Positions 39,664 to 50,026 of a stretch of DNA of 64,000 bases are shown piece by piece (the first letter of the stretch is position 1; every line of letters begins with the position of its first letter). Under the pieces are notes generated by a model. It was not told the DNA's origin. It ran no database searches and saw only the letters and a list, made by a program, of their open reading frames with translations. The translations under genes were made by a program, and so were the position numbers. Source of the stretch: Candidatus Saccharimonadota bacterium (GTDB taxonomy: Bacteria; Patescibacteriota; Saccharimonadia; Saccharimonadales; AWTP1-31); the NCBI GenBank assembly GCA_026395435.1, contig JAPLYT010000003.1, forward strand, positions 68,024-132,023, written 5' to 3'.

Positions 39664-40206
39664 TTAGCCTCCCGTCGTTGACCAATGCCATGCCTCGGAC
39701 GGAAGTTGATAGAACTTAAAGTTTTGGGCATTTTTCCTGAGCCATTCCCAGCGCGCATTTCCAGGGCAAGAAGGCACCGTGCCTTTTGCGTAACACATCG
39801 TGCCGAAGTCAACTGCATTACCCTTCTCGTGATTGGATGTACCCGGTTTAGCGGTAGGAGGTTTACAGGCGCTTGATGGTGAGTTCTGCCAATCTGGACA
39901 GTTCTTTTTACGAAGCGCGATTTGTTGCTGTGGATCACGCCAACCGCTACTGATCGGAAGTAGATTTATGCCGTCTTTTTGAGCGGCGGCAACCATAGCA
40001 TTAAATGCGGCAAGGTTTTCGGTCGCAATTCGAATTCCTCCTGCACCAGGGATTTCAGAGGTCTTGTCTATAGTTATGGTGCCCGTTGAGCCTGTAGGAG
40101 GCGTTGGCACAGATGGAGTTGGAGCTTCGGTAACATATTGAGCTGGGTCTTCCTTTGATCCTACGTTAGACGGCTGAGTAGGGTCTTCGTTTGCACCATC
40201 TACCAT
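39664..40206 (-). CDS. M15B (VanY-like) D,D-carboxypeptidase domain; possibly the frameshifted C-terminus of the upstream gene
   Basis: SGWRD..QQ, AKPGTSNHEKGNAVDF (SxH-x6-D), EAWHW. Confidence 0.8.
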   Translation of the reverse strand: MVDGANEDPTQPSNVGSKEDPAQYVTEAPTPSVPTPPTGSTGTITIDKTSEIPGAGGIRIATENLAAFNAMVAAAQKDGINLLPISSGWRDPQQQIALRKKNCPDWQNSPSSACKPPTAKPGTSNHEKGNAVDFGTMCYAKGTVPSCPGNARWEWLRKNAQNFKFYQLPSEAWHWSTTGG

Positions 40207-42742
40207 TGGTTTGTCGAGGATTGTCTTTTGAACAGTCGGGATCTTTTTCTACTTCCGATTCGGTGCGAGAAGGGTCAAAACATTTCCCTATTTGTTCATC
40301 GATTTTGGCGATTTTGGCCTCGCCAAGTATGGACGCATTATTGTAGAAATTATAGCTTTCGTCATTTCTCATTTTGTTTAATTCATCTTTTGAGTACCCT
40401 CTCTGAACCACATCTCCATAGGGGTTGTAATCGGCATTTTCGGCATCAGCAAATGCAGTTTTAAATATAGGGATCGAGCTAAACACATTCCCAAATATAC
40501 TTTTACCCATGGTACCAAAGTTCATGAGAGATGTTTGCGTAAAACTGGAAACTGCCCCGGTATTTACTCCCGGCGATGCAGCGCTCATTTTACCGAGGAG
40601 AGAATACGGATTCTGAACGGAGAGGTATCGTGCAAAAACATTTCCACTCATTTTTTGACGCATAGCAATGTCTTGGTACGAACGATCAAGCACCGCTACG
40701 GCCGCATTATCCTGCTTCACTCCACCGAGAGACCTAACTTGCCTACTTTGGGCAAGTGATGTTCCAGCGTGTCCTCGTTCGTATGCCCCTGCGCCACTTT
40801 CTGCACCCGAGAAAGTGGTCCCTGACAACATTGTTACGACATACTGTAGTCCGAGGCCATAGAGTCCAACTGCACCAAGTGTTCCAACACTTTTTAGCGA
40901 TACAATCCCCTTGGCGCTGTTAAAAACGGCTTCGCCAAGTGAGCGAACGACCAATTCGGCTGTTGCACGCGCACCACCTTCGGTAGCAACAGTTCCTCCA
41001 CCGGCTGTGAAGAATGCAACTACAGCTTGTACTAAAACTTCTGCCGTTGCCCCAACGATGGCCCCCTGAGGGCTTAGAAGTTGGCCACAGAATTCTTTAT
41101 CGATTTCGTCTGAAGTGCCAGGGGCTATAAATCCGAGACCAGGTATAGCGAGAGACGACGGACTACTTATTCGTTTGACCAACTCTAGTACGGTTGGGTT
41201 GACGGAGGGTTTAATATTTGGTTGGCTTGTCGTGCTGGTAACTTTTTGTCCTGAATCGTATTGATATGCAGCCGACTGATCCATGCCATCATATCTTTTT
41301 GCGGTTGCCCCTTGTGCGATAGTCGTCACGTCGCCGGCTTTCGTTTGATCTCGGGCAGCAAGCATATCATAGGCTATTTTTGTTGCTTGCTTTTCATTTT
41401 GGACTGCAATGTTTTCTACATTTCGAGCAGCATCATTGGTCATACAGGCAAGGCTGAGGAGTAGGACGATGGTACCAACTTTTGTGGCTACTTCTTGGAC
41501 TTTTGTGGCATTTGCGATATCGGTTTCGAAGCTAGCTGCAAACTTCTCTTCATTAAAAATACCATCATTTTTTTCTAAAAAGCCTTTAACTTTTTCTGCT
41601 GCCCTCGCCTTCTTAATATTCTCTTTTACTGGCTCGGTAACGTTTTCACTGATTGTATCATCACCCACTTTGAGTGTTTCTTGCTGTTCGTTTACTGCAT
41701 CTTCGATCGCAGCATCGCGAACATTTTTAGAAATAAACTCTCGTCCTTTTTGTCTCCATCTTCCAAATTTGAAGCCAACATTATCGGCGATATATGAAAA
41801 AGTCCTACTTCGTACATAGCGCGGTTCGAGTTCGAGGGCGGAGCCAACGCTTGCCTGGGTTTTTTGGGTGAATTCATAACGAACTGCAGCACGAGCACGA
41901 GCACTCTCGATTGGCTTCAAGGTTCGAGCTTTTGTGCTATTGATTTCTGCCCATGTACCACCAGCTTCGCTATTAAGGTTTTTTGTTATGCCGTCGAGGG
42001 TGATAGTCTCCCCTTTTTCAGGCAGTCTAACGCCCGTTAATCTATCTCCCTCAACCTCAAATTTAATCACTCCTTCGTTTCCGAGTTTTGCAATTTGGAG
42101 ATCGACATTTCGAAATTTAACTCTGTCGAGCATGGATTTTCCAAAGGTGTCTATCTGTCCATTGCCTTCTACGACGGATGCATCGAATATATTTTGGGTG
42201 GTTCTTTCTTGCATTATTCCGTTAAAGCGAGCATAGCCTGCTGTTGCGAGAACTTCACCGAAGTGAACTACTTTCAAGGTGCTTAATAAAAATAGCATCA
42301 TTAATATCAGGGCTATTATCACTGCAAATCCTGAGGCAAATGCTACCTTTGTTCGGGTAGATATTACTCGCTTTACAGCCTTAGTGTTTTTCAAGGCTTC
42401 CTTTAATAGGCCAGCCTCGCCTTCAGCTGCATTCGTAGCACCTTCAACGGCTTTTTTAACACCTTCCCCTACAGAACTTTCCGATGAACCGCCATCAGAA
42501 TCGGAATTTTCACCTGATTGATCATCGGGACTTTCTTCTGCATCCTTCAATTCATCGGGCTTAAGACTAAGGGGACTTCTTCCCCGACCTCCGCCACCAC
42601 CACCGCCTCCCGAAGAGTCATCGCTCGATCCGCCACCACTTGACTCGTCGCCGCTTAGTTTGAGGCTATTTAACCATGATCCGCTCGACTCCTCGTTGTC
42701 GTAGACGCCACCTTCTGGTTTTTCGCCAAGCAATACTCCCAT
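40166..42742 (-). CDS. Large membrane protein in T4SS operon
   Basis: 858 aa; Gly/Ser/Asp low-complexity N-terminus; several TM segments; directly downstream of virB4. Confidence 0.75.
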   Translation of the reverse strand: MGVLLGEKPEGGVYDNEESSGSWLNSLKLSGDESSGGGSSDDSSGGGGGGGGRGRSPLSLKPDELKDAEESPDDQSGENSDSDGGSSESSVGEGVKKAVEGATNAAEGEAGLLKEALKNTKAVKRVISTRTKVAFASGFAVIIALILMMLFLLSTLKVVHFGEVLATAGYARFNGIMQERTTQNIFDASVVEGNGQIDTFGKSMLDRVKFRNVDLQIAKLGNEGVIKFEVEGDRLTGVRLPEKGETITLDGITKNLNSEAGGTWAEINSTKARTLKPIESARARAAVRYEFTQKTQASVGSALELEPRYVRSRTFSYIADNVGFKFGRWRQKGREFISKNVRDAAIEDAVNEQQETLKVGDDTISENVTEPVKENIKKARAAEKVKGFLEKNDGIFNEEKFAASFETDIANATKVQEVATKVGTIVLLLSLACMTNDAARNVENIAVQNEKQATKIAYDMLAARDQTKAGDVTTIAQGATAKRYDGMDQSAAYQYDSGQKVTSTTSQPNIKPSVNPTVLELVKRISSPSSLAIPGLGFIAPGTSDEIDKEFCGQLLSPQGAIVGATAEVLVQAVVAFFTAGGGTVATEGGARATAELVVRSLGEAVFNSAKGIVSLKSVGTLGAVGLYGLGLQYVVTMLSGTTFSGAESGAGAYERGHAGTSLAQSRQVRSLGGVKQDNAAVAVLDRSYQDIAMRQKMSGNVFARYLSVQNPYSLLGKMSAASPGVNTGAVSSFTQTSLMNFGTMGKSIFGNVFSSIPIFKTAFADAENADYNPYGDVVQRGYSKDELNKMRNDESYNFYNNASILGEAKIAKIDEQIGKCFDPSRTESEVEKDPDCSKDNPRQTNGRWCKRRPYSAV

Positions 42743-42743
42743 A

Positions 42744-44657
42744 TTATGATCCAGGCGTTAATCGGTTTGATAGGTCAATGGTTCCCTGACCTTGGCTAAA
42801 ATCGCCTTGCTCCTCGATTTGCTTTACTTGATTTGGTTCAGTAGTAATTAGATTCATTTCGGTTGGACTTGCGGTGATTTGAATGTGGACATGACTTTGG
42901 CCCGCAAAGAATAAGCCCTGCCCGACAGGGAACTGACTGAGGCGCTTCCTTTCTTCACTAGTCAATTTGAATACCTCTGCAAGCATATCTACTGCAGATG
43001 ACGACTGCTTAAGAAGTATTTGCATACTGGCATTGGCAATAATTGCTCGTCCCATGCGACTTCCCATAAAGTCTTCTACGTCTTGACTGATGGTGGTGAT
43101 GCCGAGGTTGTATTTACGTGCGCGCTTGGCAAGGCTAAACATGAAGTTTGCAGAGTCTTCATATTTCATGAGTTGCCATGCTTCATCAATGATAAGGATC
43201 CGTCGTCGACGATCACTCTTGGTTTTGTTCCATATATAGTTGAGGACGATATACATCGCAACAGGACGAAGTTCGTCTTCTAGGTCTCGAATATTAAACA
43301 CAACCATCGGGTTGTTGATATTGGTGTTTGATTGCTGGCTAAAGATGCCGGCGAAAGTACCGGTGGTATATTTACGAAGTCGCTGAGCAAGTTGCGGGCC
43401 GGTGCCACCCATATGAAGCAGTGTGTCATACAGGTCAACGATGGTTGGAGGAATGCCCGTGTGGGTGAGTGGGTCGTTAGTGATGCCTGCTTTGGCATAT
43501 GTTTCGATGAGGGCAGCATCCAAATCCCCTTCTTCAACGGGGTCGAGCGCTGGCATTGAGACTCCACCGCCTGCATTCATCTGAGATTGAGCGCCGCCCA
43601 TCATGAGTCGGAGTAGACCGTGCAGTGTGATGATATTGCTTCTAAGGGCGTTGTCGGCTTCTTCGGCATCTACAACCTGCGGGAGGTCAAATGGGTTGAT
43701 TCGAGTGGCCGAATTGAGGCTCAGGCGCACATACGATCCACCAACTGCTTCACACATCCGTTGGTATTCGTTTTCTGGGTCGATAATAAATATTTCGGTA
43801 CCGAACATAAGGCTTCGTAGAGCTTCGAGCTTAACGGTAAACGATTTACCGGCACCTGACTTAGCGAAGATTACTGAGTTACCATTCTCTAAGCTGAATC
43901 GATCAAAGATAACCAATCCTGAGTTGTGCATGTTGATACCGTACAAAATACCGCTATCTTGGCTGAGATCGGCGCTGGTGAATGGGAAGCTGGTACTGAT
44001 AGCACCAGTGTTCATGTTGCGACGTATCTGGAGCTGGTCCATAAACTGCGGGATGGTGCTATTGAATCCTTGTTCTTGCTGAGACGTTGCCGCTTTGGAA
44101 TAGACAAGCTGTTGCCCCAGAACTGACTCAATTTTGTGAGTTACAAACTCCAGCTCATCCATGCTGGTGGCGTAGATCGTGAAGTACAATCCAAAACGGA
44201 AGAATCGCTCCTCACCCACCTGGAGTTTATCGCGCATTTCCTCGGCGTCAGCGATGGCAACCTGTTTACCTGGATCGCGGATTTTGCCTTTTTCGGCATC
44301 GATCTGGAGCCCTGCTTCGAGTTGAGTCACCTTCTTGCGAAGGTTATCGAGCACTACTTTACTCTCGACGGGATAGACGTAAATTGATAGGTCCATGACC
44401 TCATCCATGTTCACCATGCTACTCAACCATCCGGTGAAAATTTGCCGAGGATATCCATAGACATAGAATGTTCGCGCGAAGCGTGTACCGATGTGGAAGT
44501 AGCTATTTTCATACACGAGTGAGCTTGGAGCTACGAAGTCGCGGAGCGCGGTGACGCCTTTTTGGAAAGCTGCAGTAACTTCTTGTTCTTCTCGTTGTTT
44601 CTGAGCCTGAGCGACTGCTACAGGGTCGACAGGTGCTTGTTTTTTGCCAAATGCCAT
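42744..44657 (-). CDS. virB4: VirB4/TraC-like T4SS ATPase
   Basis: Walker A AKSGAGKS, IIDPENEY, RINPFD, Walker B IIDEAW, RARKY, SQD. Confidence 0.9.
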   Translation of the reverse strand: MAFGKKQAPVDPVAVAQAQKQREEQEVTAAFQKGVTALRDFVAPSSLVYENSYFHIGTRFARTFYVYGYPRQIFTGWLSSMVNMDEVMDLSIYVYPVESKVVLDNLRKKVTQLEAGLQIDAEKGKIRDPGKQVAIADAEEMRDKLQVGEERFFRFGLYFTIYATSMDELEFVTHKIESVLGQQLVYSKAATSQQEQGFNSTIPQFMDQLQIRRNMNTGAISTSFPFTSADLSQDSGILYGINMHNSGLVIFDRFSLENGNSVIFAKSGAGKSFTVKLEALRSLMFGTEIFIIDPENEYQRMCEAVGGSYVRLSLNSATRINPFDLPQVVDAEEADNALRSNIITLHGLLRLMMGGAQSQMNAGGGVSMPALDPVEEGDLDAALIETYAKAGITNDPLTHTGIPPTIVDLYDTLLHMGGTGPQLAQRLRKYTTGTFAGIFSQQSNTNINNPMVVFNIRDLEDELRPVAMYIVLNYIWNKTKSDRRRRILIIDEAWQLMKYEDSANFMFSLAKRARKYNLGITTISQDVEDFMGSRMGRAIIANASMQILLKQSSSAVDMLAEVFKLTSEERKRLSQFPVGQGLFFAGQSHVHIQITASPTEMNLITTEPNQVKQIEEQGDFSQGQGTIDLSNRLTPGS

Positions 44658-45661
44658 TACTGCATCTCTCTTTCTAGTTCTGGCTGTCTGGCCATGCCCT
44701 CGCCTTTAGTTACAACTGGTGCAGTCATGTCACTAAAGTTTTTAAGTTCTTGGCGGGTAGCAGTGTCGGGGTTGTAGCTGTCGTAATACAATTCGATGAG
44801 TTCTTGGGTGTCGAGTGGCAGGCCTTGAATGCCGCACTGCATCAGACCACCCAAAACGGCCTGCACTCGATTACGAAGCTCATCCTTTGCTTTTGCAAGA
44901 TCTGCTTCGTTGATCGTGATTTGTTGCTGCGGTTTCTTGCTGAAGAGCGCAGACACTCCTTTTAGAAGGCCTTTGCTGGCGTCAAGTGTTCGCTGCATGT
45001 CGGCAATTGGGAAGTACGGGATAACCACATAGAATTTCTTATCCATGATGTTTGTCTGCAGACTTAGTTGATCCATGTAGTTTATGTAGTCTTCCATGAG
45101 AAGCGCGAGGAGCATATTGTCGTGTTCGGTGCGAATTTTATCAAGCTTTTCAATATACGGACCAAGATCTACTTTTTGTGATCGCACCGTTATTTGTATT
45201 GGGAAGTACAAGGAGTTAAGGAACCCTTGATAGCTATGCTCAACTGCTTCTCGCTCTTGAGGGCTCATCAGGTCGAAGTTAATCGACTTGACCATGATTA
45301 TTGAGCGAAAGCTGCCGTCGTTCATAATGACGATTCCGTCGCGAACTTCTGCTATTTGAAGTGAATTTTGGGTACTATTGGGGTTTGATTTTGGAGCAAG
45401 TGTCGATGGAGTCTGGACCATACCTGGTTGTGACGCACCTGCCCTTTCTTGAGGTTGATAGATATTGCTTGGAGGCGCGACGGCTGCTACGGCGCCGGGC
45501 ATAGCATATGGCTGACTTCCTATTCCACCCGATGGTGCCGGTTGCGCGGGCATTGGCTGAGGCAATCCACCAGATTGCGGGTATGCTGAACCAGCCATTG
45601 AATTACCTGGTTGCGGCTGATTATAAGAAGGATCCATAAATGTGTTTGTGCCCACGCCCAC
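44657..45661 (-). CDS. T4SS-associated protein (TraC/VirB4 N-terminal-like) with Pro/Gln-rich N-terminus
   Basis: STQNSLQIAEVRDG, INFDLMS..E, FLNSL.FPIQI, ELIELYY..YNP; lies between prgI and virB4. Confidence 0.7.
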   Translation of the reverse strand: MGVGTNTFMDPSYNQPQPGNSMAGSAYPQSGGLPQPMPAQPAPSGGIGSQPYAMPGAVAAVAPPSNIYQPQERAGASQPGMVQTPSTLAPKSNPNSTQNSLQIAEVRDGIVIMNDGSFRSIIMVKSINFDLMSPQEREAVEHSYQGFLNSLYFPIQITVRSQKVDLGPYIEKLDKIRTEHDNMLLALLMEDYINYMDQLSLQTNIMDKKFYVVIPYFPIADMQRTLDASKGLLKGVSALFSKKPQQQITINEADLAKAKDELRNRVQAVLGGLMQCGIQGLPLDTQELIELYYDSYNPDTATRQELKNFSDMTAPVVTKGEGMARQPELEREMQ

Positions 45662-45665
45662 TATG

Positions 45666-46733
45666 CTAATGAAGTGAAATTACGACTTCGCTATCTTCTC
45701 CTGAACGGTGAATTTGATTCGATTCACGGGCCAGGCTCGATACGACGCGGTCGTTATTTCTTGCAAGTTCAATTGTAGCAGGATCAGGGGCCGCTGTCAC
45801 TGATTGTGGTCGGGGATTTGCGCCTTCTGGTTGAACGGATCGATGATTTCTGAACACTTGTTTGGACCGATCGTTCTTGCTGTGTAATTCGTTTAAGATC
45901 GCAGTATCATCGGGATCTACCGCCACTGGTTGACTGGAGAATCTCGATGAAAGAACCGGGTCTTGTGCAACTGGCTGGCTCATTTGAGTGCCAAATGTTG
46001 CCATACCATTTGTGGCGGGTGCTGGTTCATTCATGAACCAAAAATCTGCAGGTGCGTCTTCGGTGTTAAGGCCACTCGTAGCATTTTGATTCATGACGTC
46101 TTTCATGTGATCAACCGCGTTCGTTTTATGTCGATCGCTCGTCTGCTGTAATTGAGACTGTATTTGGTTGGCTCTGGCATCGCCAAAAATATCATCACTC
46201 GCCTGCTCCTCAAATGGAGAAACGGTTTGCGGTAGCTGGCTTGCTTCGACGAGTCGATCTGAAATATGCTGCGTATCCATCGATTGCAGGGCGGTAGCGT
46301 AATCAGAATTTTTAACAGCCCACCCACGACTATCAATAGTCTCGGCTAATGCCTTTAGTCGACTTTTGACCTCTGTTTGAGATAAGTTATCGCTCAGTTG
46401 TTGCTCAATCTTTACGGGAGCCGTAATCTTCACGAGCTCCTGCAATCCTGATTGATTCCAGATCCGTTTTCGAGGTTTGAAGTAGAATCGAATTTTGGCA
46501 AGTAGCCAGACCTCGGTTGTTTGATCTTTGCCCCACGGAAATGCCAGAAATCCAGAAACTATAATGACAGGGATAAACGGAAATACCATCACCCAGATAC
46601 CTTTAGTAAGCAGCAAGAAGCAGAAGTACATACTGAGTACCGCTATGCCGGCAAAGATAAACTGCTTGAGTGTGAGTGGCCCAAGGAATTTATCCTCTGC
46701 TTCGATATCCTGAATTACTTTATATTGCGCCAT
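45666..46733 (-). CDS. PrgI-family (VirB3-like) protein with long C-terminal tail
   Basis: YKVIQDIEAEDKFLGPLTLKQF followed by two TM helices. Confidence 0.8.
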   Translation of the reverse strand: MAQYKVIQDIEAEDKFLGPLTLKQFIFAGIAVLSMYFCFLLLTKGIWVMVFPFIPVIIVSGFLAFPWGKDQTTEVWLLAKIRFYFKPRKRIWNQSGLQELVKITAPVKIEQQLSDNLSQTEVKSRLKALAETIDSRGWAVKNSDYATALQSMDTQHISDRLVEASQLPQTVSPFEEQASDDIFGDARANQIQSQLQQTSDRHKTNAVDHMKDVMNQNATSGLNTEDAPADFWFMNEPAPATNGMATFGTQMSQPVAQDPVLSSRFSSQPVAVDPDDTAILNELHSKNDRSKQVFRNHRSVQPEGANPRPQSVTAAPDPATIELARNNDRVVSSLARESNQIHRSGEDSEVVISLH

Positions 46734-46763
46734 ATTCCTAAATATTCCTCATTAACTTCGAGT

Positions 46764-49700
46764 CTAGTACGTGGAACTTCCAGAGTCACCAGCTCCTTCA
46801 GGCAGATCGTTTACGAAACTAGCACTAGACCTTTCTCGGAGATCCTTGATTGCTTCATACGCTTGATTAGCTACACTCTCTGCCGTACCTGCGGCTCCGA
46901 CGGCAAATACTGGTGCATATTGCTGTTGCTGAGCTCCGGCCTGAGCATTAGGGTTAGGGCTCACACCCGCGCCCGGAGTAGGTAGAGACGAACCACCTCG
47001 TTCAAGCGCAGATATACCTGCGTTGTAGTACTGCAGTCGTTTCTTTTCTTCTCCGTTGAGCCCAGGCCCTCCACCCGGCTTCAATGAAGCTTCGTGCTTA
47101 GTTGATAATCCAATAATATCATCGCGAATCGCACCCCAGGTACGGTCACTTTGACCAGTTTGCTCGTAGCCCTTGGATTTGCCACCGAACTGCTTGGAGA
47201 GGGAATTCATGTCAGCAGCCTTATCAACCCGCTGTATTTTACCTGTTTTAGGATTAATAACATCTTGATAGCCAGAGTATTTCTCGACGAGATGGGTTCC
47301 TTGCTGTCGATATCCAACTACTTTCCAGATTCCTGATGCTTCGTCTGCCGACATTCCCATATCTGAGGTTAGTCTAGCATAGCGCGAACGTAGTTTTCCG
47401 AGGTCATTGTTTTCTGCAGCCTTCTCCATCTCATAATTAAGATTCTCTTGGAAGGCGCCTGGATTGCTCATAGCATTGGCACGGGCAACGTCTACGGCAG
47501 ATTTAGACACGACTGCAGATGAGTTTATGCCCATAGAGCTTCGAGCGACAGCATTACCCGCTGCATCGGTATATCCGTCGGTTGTGTTACCTGTGTATCG
47601 CCCGACAGCACCCTTATTTGCCTCAAACTTATTTTTAGCACTATTCCATGTTAGATCACTCTTATCATAATACAATCCATCTGCATCTTGTTCATATAGA
47701 CCACTTGCCCTAATTGGATTCCACCAAGTACCTGTCTCTTCATCAAATTCTGCCCAAGCGTCGCGCATAGAGTTGTCTGGACCGGTTGCTTTTTGTTTCT
47801 GGAGTCTTTCTGACTCAGCCGCTTGGTGTGCCGACACACGGGCTTCATTGCTTGCTCCAGAAACCATCTTAGAACTTGTATTGTATAAGCCAGCTGCGAG
47901 TCGACCACGTCTTCGACCTCCTACCCCAGCTGCTACACGAGTATCCGCAGCCGCGGCACGACCACGAAGTGCTCTACCGATCTTATACTTACCATATTCT
48001 CTGTCTGTATCGACATCCCGTTTGAGGCGGTTGCGTCGACTGTTCATATCGTTTGGATTACCTTTGTAGGCTTCAAGACCGCGTTTGCCAAGCCCTGTGA
48101 GTTGACCATGCAAGTTACCAATAGCTCCACCTGCAAGCTTAAAGGCGTATGGTATTAGAACGAGCGGCAGGAACTGCGCTACGAAGACAATAATTCCTGC
48201 CAAGGCAGACGGTACTGCTTGGTATAACGCCGGGGTTGTATCACTAAATCCATTGGCTTTTTGTAACGTGACAGTCATGATATCTGCGACAGCAAATATG
48301 ACGATAATAATCGGATACACCATTAAGGTGGTGAATAATAATTCCCACCATTTTTTGAAGTATTTATCGGTATTTGGCAAACAGTACAGGGCAAACGCTA
48401 CAGGACTGACAAGTATGAGGAATAGTATGAGGCCTTGTCGTACAACAAGCGTAATGAAAGCCGCTAGTAGCCCGAGTACAGCTGGTAATAGCACGAAAAG
48501 TGCAATTGCTGGCGCAGCAGTTCCGATTGCTGCTGCAGCACTACCTGCACCGGCAACAAACGACACACCCGATACAAATGCACCAATAGCCCCAATCGCT
48601 CCACCACCAGCGATGATCGCAGATGATCCACCATCTAGTGAGAATTGGAATAACGACGCCTCTTTGAATGGGGCAATCATGAGCGTACCGAGTCCGCCCC
48701 CAAGGATGTTTGTGACATCTACCATGAGTGCAACTATATAGATCGAGAGGTTGACCAGTATCGCCGCCACGAGTATTCGAGGCATCATCTTTTTCGCAGT
48801 ATATGCATCAATGAGTCCACCTCCAATCGCTTGGCCAAATACAATAAGTAGCATCGATATAACTAAAATAATATTTCCGTATAATCGGAAGCTATCCCAT
48901 ACTCTAAAAATTCCTGCGTTAGGACTTGTCTCTACGGGCTGTACACGGAGTAACGGTTCTACAAGGTTGCGGAACATGAAGTCACAAAAATCAGCAACAC
49001 CATTAAATATCGGACACATAACCCACGAAAGCGGGTTGCTAAACGTCGTTTCACAGGTTGCATTCTGGTCTCCACCGCCACCGGTCCCATCTACGCCAGC
49101 TGACGGAACCGCATTCGTGCCTGCAGCAGCTCCGAGAACTTTATTATAATTATCCTGCCCTTTGCCAATTTTTTCACCAATTTGCTTACAGTTTGCGACT
49201 CCTGAGCCACCAGCAGCATATTTCCCATGTCCAATTGCTACTTCACCCGCATCATCTTTAACATAGTAGGTTTTACCGTTAAGTTCGACTTTATCTCCAG
49301 GGTCATTCTTATCGACTACTTTCGCGCCACAGCCTAATGTAAAGGCTCGGTAGTAGATATATGTCTGGAGGGCATTCTTTTCTTCATCGGTATAGTCTTT
49401 TAAGAGCTCGGTTATTTTCTTGTCGATTTGATCAAAAACTTTGTTCTTCGCGGCACCACCTTCAAGTGCCTTCGTGGCGTCGGCATTTGTAACGAAGTAC
49501 AGCTGGTCATTGTCATCGTTCGGTATGTCTTTGAGGTTGCCATTTTTACTTGCCTTATAGTCGCTATACCCCGAATAGCCAAGAAGTTTAAACCATGTAT
49601 TTTCCCTGTTTCCACTATCTGAGGCACAGTCGTAACGGCCGTCAGCACCATCCACATGGTGTCCAACTGCTACGTCAGCAGCTCCTATCGAATTACCTCC

Positions 49701-49925
49701 TGGGAAAAAGTCTAGATTGAATGGCCCATCTTCTTTGTCGATTCCATCGGTCGTAAGATATTTATCAACACATAATCGAAATGCATTAAGCATTGTGTAC
49801 GTCTTAGCGTCCTTGGCGAAGTCAGACTCTTTTTTTGCTGCAAAGGCTGTCGTAGGGGTGACGAGTATTTGGGCCACTAAGAAAAAAGCAGCACTAAATG
49901 CAATGACTTTATGTTTTATATTCAC
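46764..49925 (-). CDS. VirB6/TrbL-like polytopic T4SS membrane protein with long N- and C-terminal extensions
   Basis: Signal peptide, Cys-rich external domain, TM core (KMMPRILVAAILVNLS...SPVAFALYCLPNT...KWW). Likely GTG start at 49925, 6 nt after TATAAT. Confidence 0.72.
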   Translation of the reverse strand: MNIKHKVIAFSAAFFLVAQILVTPTTAFAAKKESDFAKDAKTYTMLNAFRLCVDKYLTTDGIDKEDGPFNLDFFPGGNSIGAADVAVGHHVDGADGRYDCASDSGNRENTWFKLLGYSGYSDYKASKNGNLKDIPNDDNDQLYFVTNADATKALEGGAAKNKVFDQIDKKITELLKDYTDEEKNALQTYIYYRAFTLGCGAKVVDKNDPGDKVELNGKTYYVKDDAGEVAIGHGKYAAGGSGVANCKQIGEKIGKGQDNYNKVLGAAAGTNAVPSAGVDGTGGGGDQNATCETTFSNPLSWVMCPIFNGVADFCDFMFRNLVEPLLRVQPVETSPNAGIFRVWDSFRLYGNIILVISMLLIVFGQAIGGGLIDAYTAKKMMPRILVAAILVNLSIYIVALMVDVTNILGGGLGTLMIAPFKEASLFQFSLDGGSSAIIAGGGAIGAIGAFVSGVSFVAGAGSAAAAIGTAAPAIALFVLLPAVLGLLAAFITLVVRQGLILFLILVSPVAFALYCLPNTDKYFKKWWELLFTTLMVYPIIIVIFAVADIMTVTLQKANGFSDTTPALYQAVPSALAGIIVFVAQFLPLVLIPYAFKLAGGAIGNLHGQLTGLGKRGLEAYKGNPNDMNSRRNRLKRDVDTDREYGKYKIGRALRGRAAAADTRVAAGVGGRRRGRLAAGLYNTSSKMVSGASNEARVSAHQAAESERLQKQKATGPDNSMRDAWAEFDEETGTWWNPIRASGLYEQDADGLYYDKSDLTWNSAKNKFEANKGAVGRYTGNTTDGYTDAAGNAVARSSMGINSSAVVSKSAVDVARANAMSNPGAFQENLNYEMEKAAENNDLGKLRSRYARLTSDMGMSADEASGIWKVVGYRQQGTHLVEKYSGYQDVINPKTGKIQRVDKAADMNSLSKQFGGKSKGYEQTGQSDRTWGAIRDDIIGLSTKHEASLKPGGGPGLNGEEKKRLQYYNAGISALERGGSSLPTPGAGVSPNPNAQAGAQQQQYAPVFAVGAAGTAESVANQAYEAIKDLRERSSASFVNDLPEGAGDSGSSTY

Positions 49926-50026
49926 AGCCAAATTATAGCCCATAGGGTACTAAACAACAACGCTCTAAGCTGTTTTTCAAGGAGTTTTGTCGTTTATGTA
50001 TAAAATATTATGATCAGTATCCTCAT

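Noticed and set aside
42580..42660. CCG/CCA-rich low-complexity tract as a contingency repeat
   Set aside because: Imperfect; simply encodes a Gly/Ser linker
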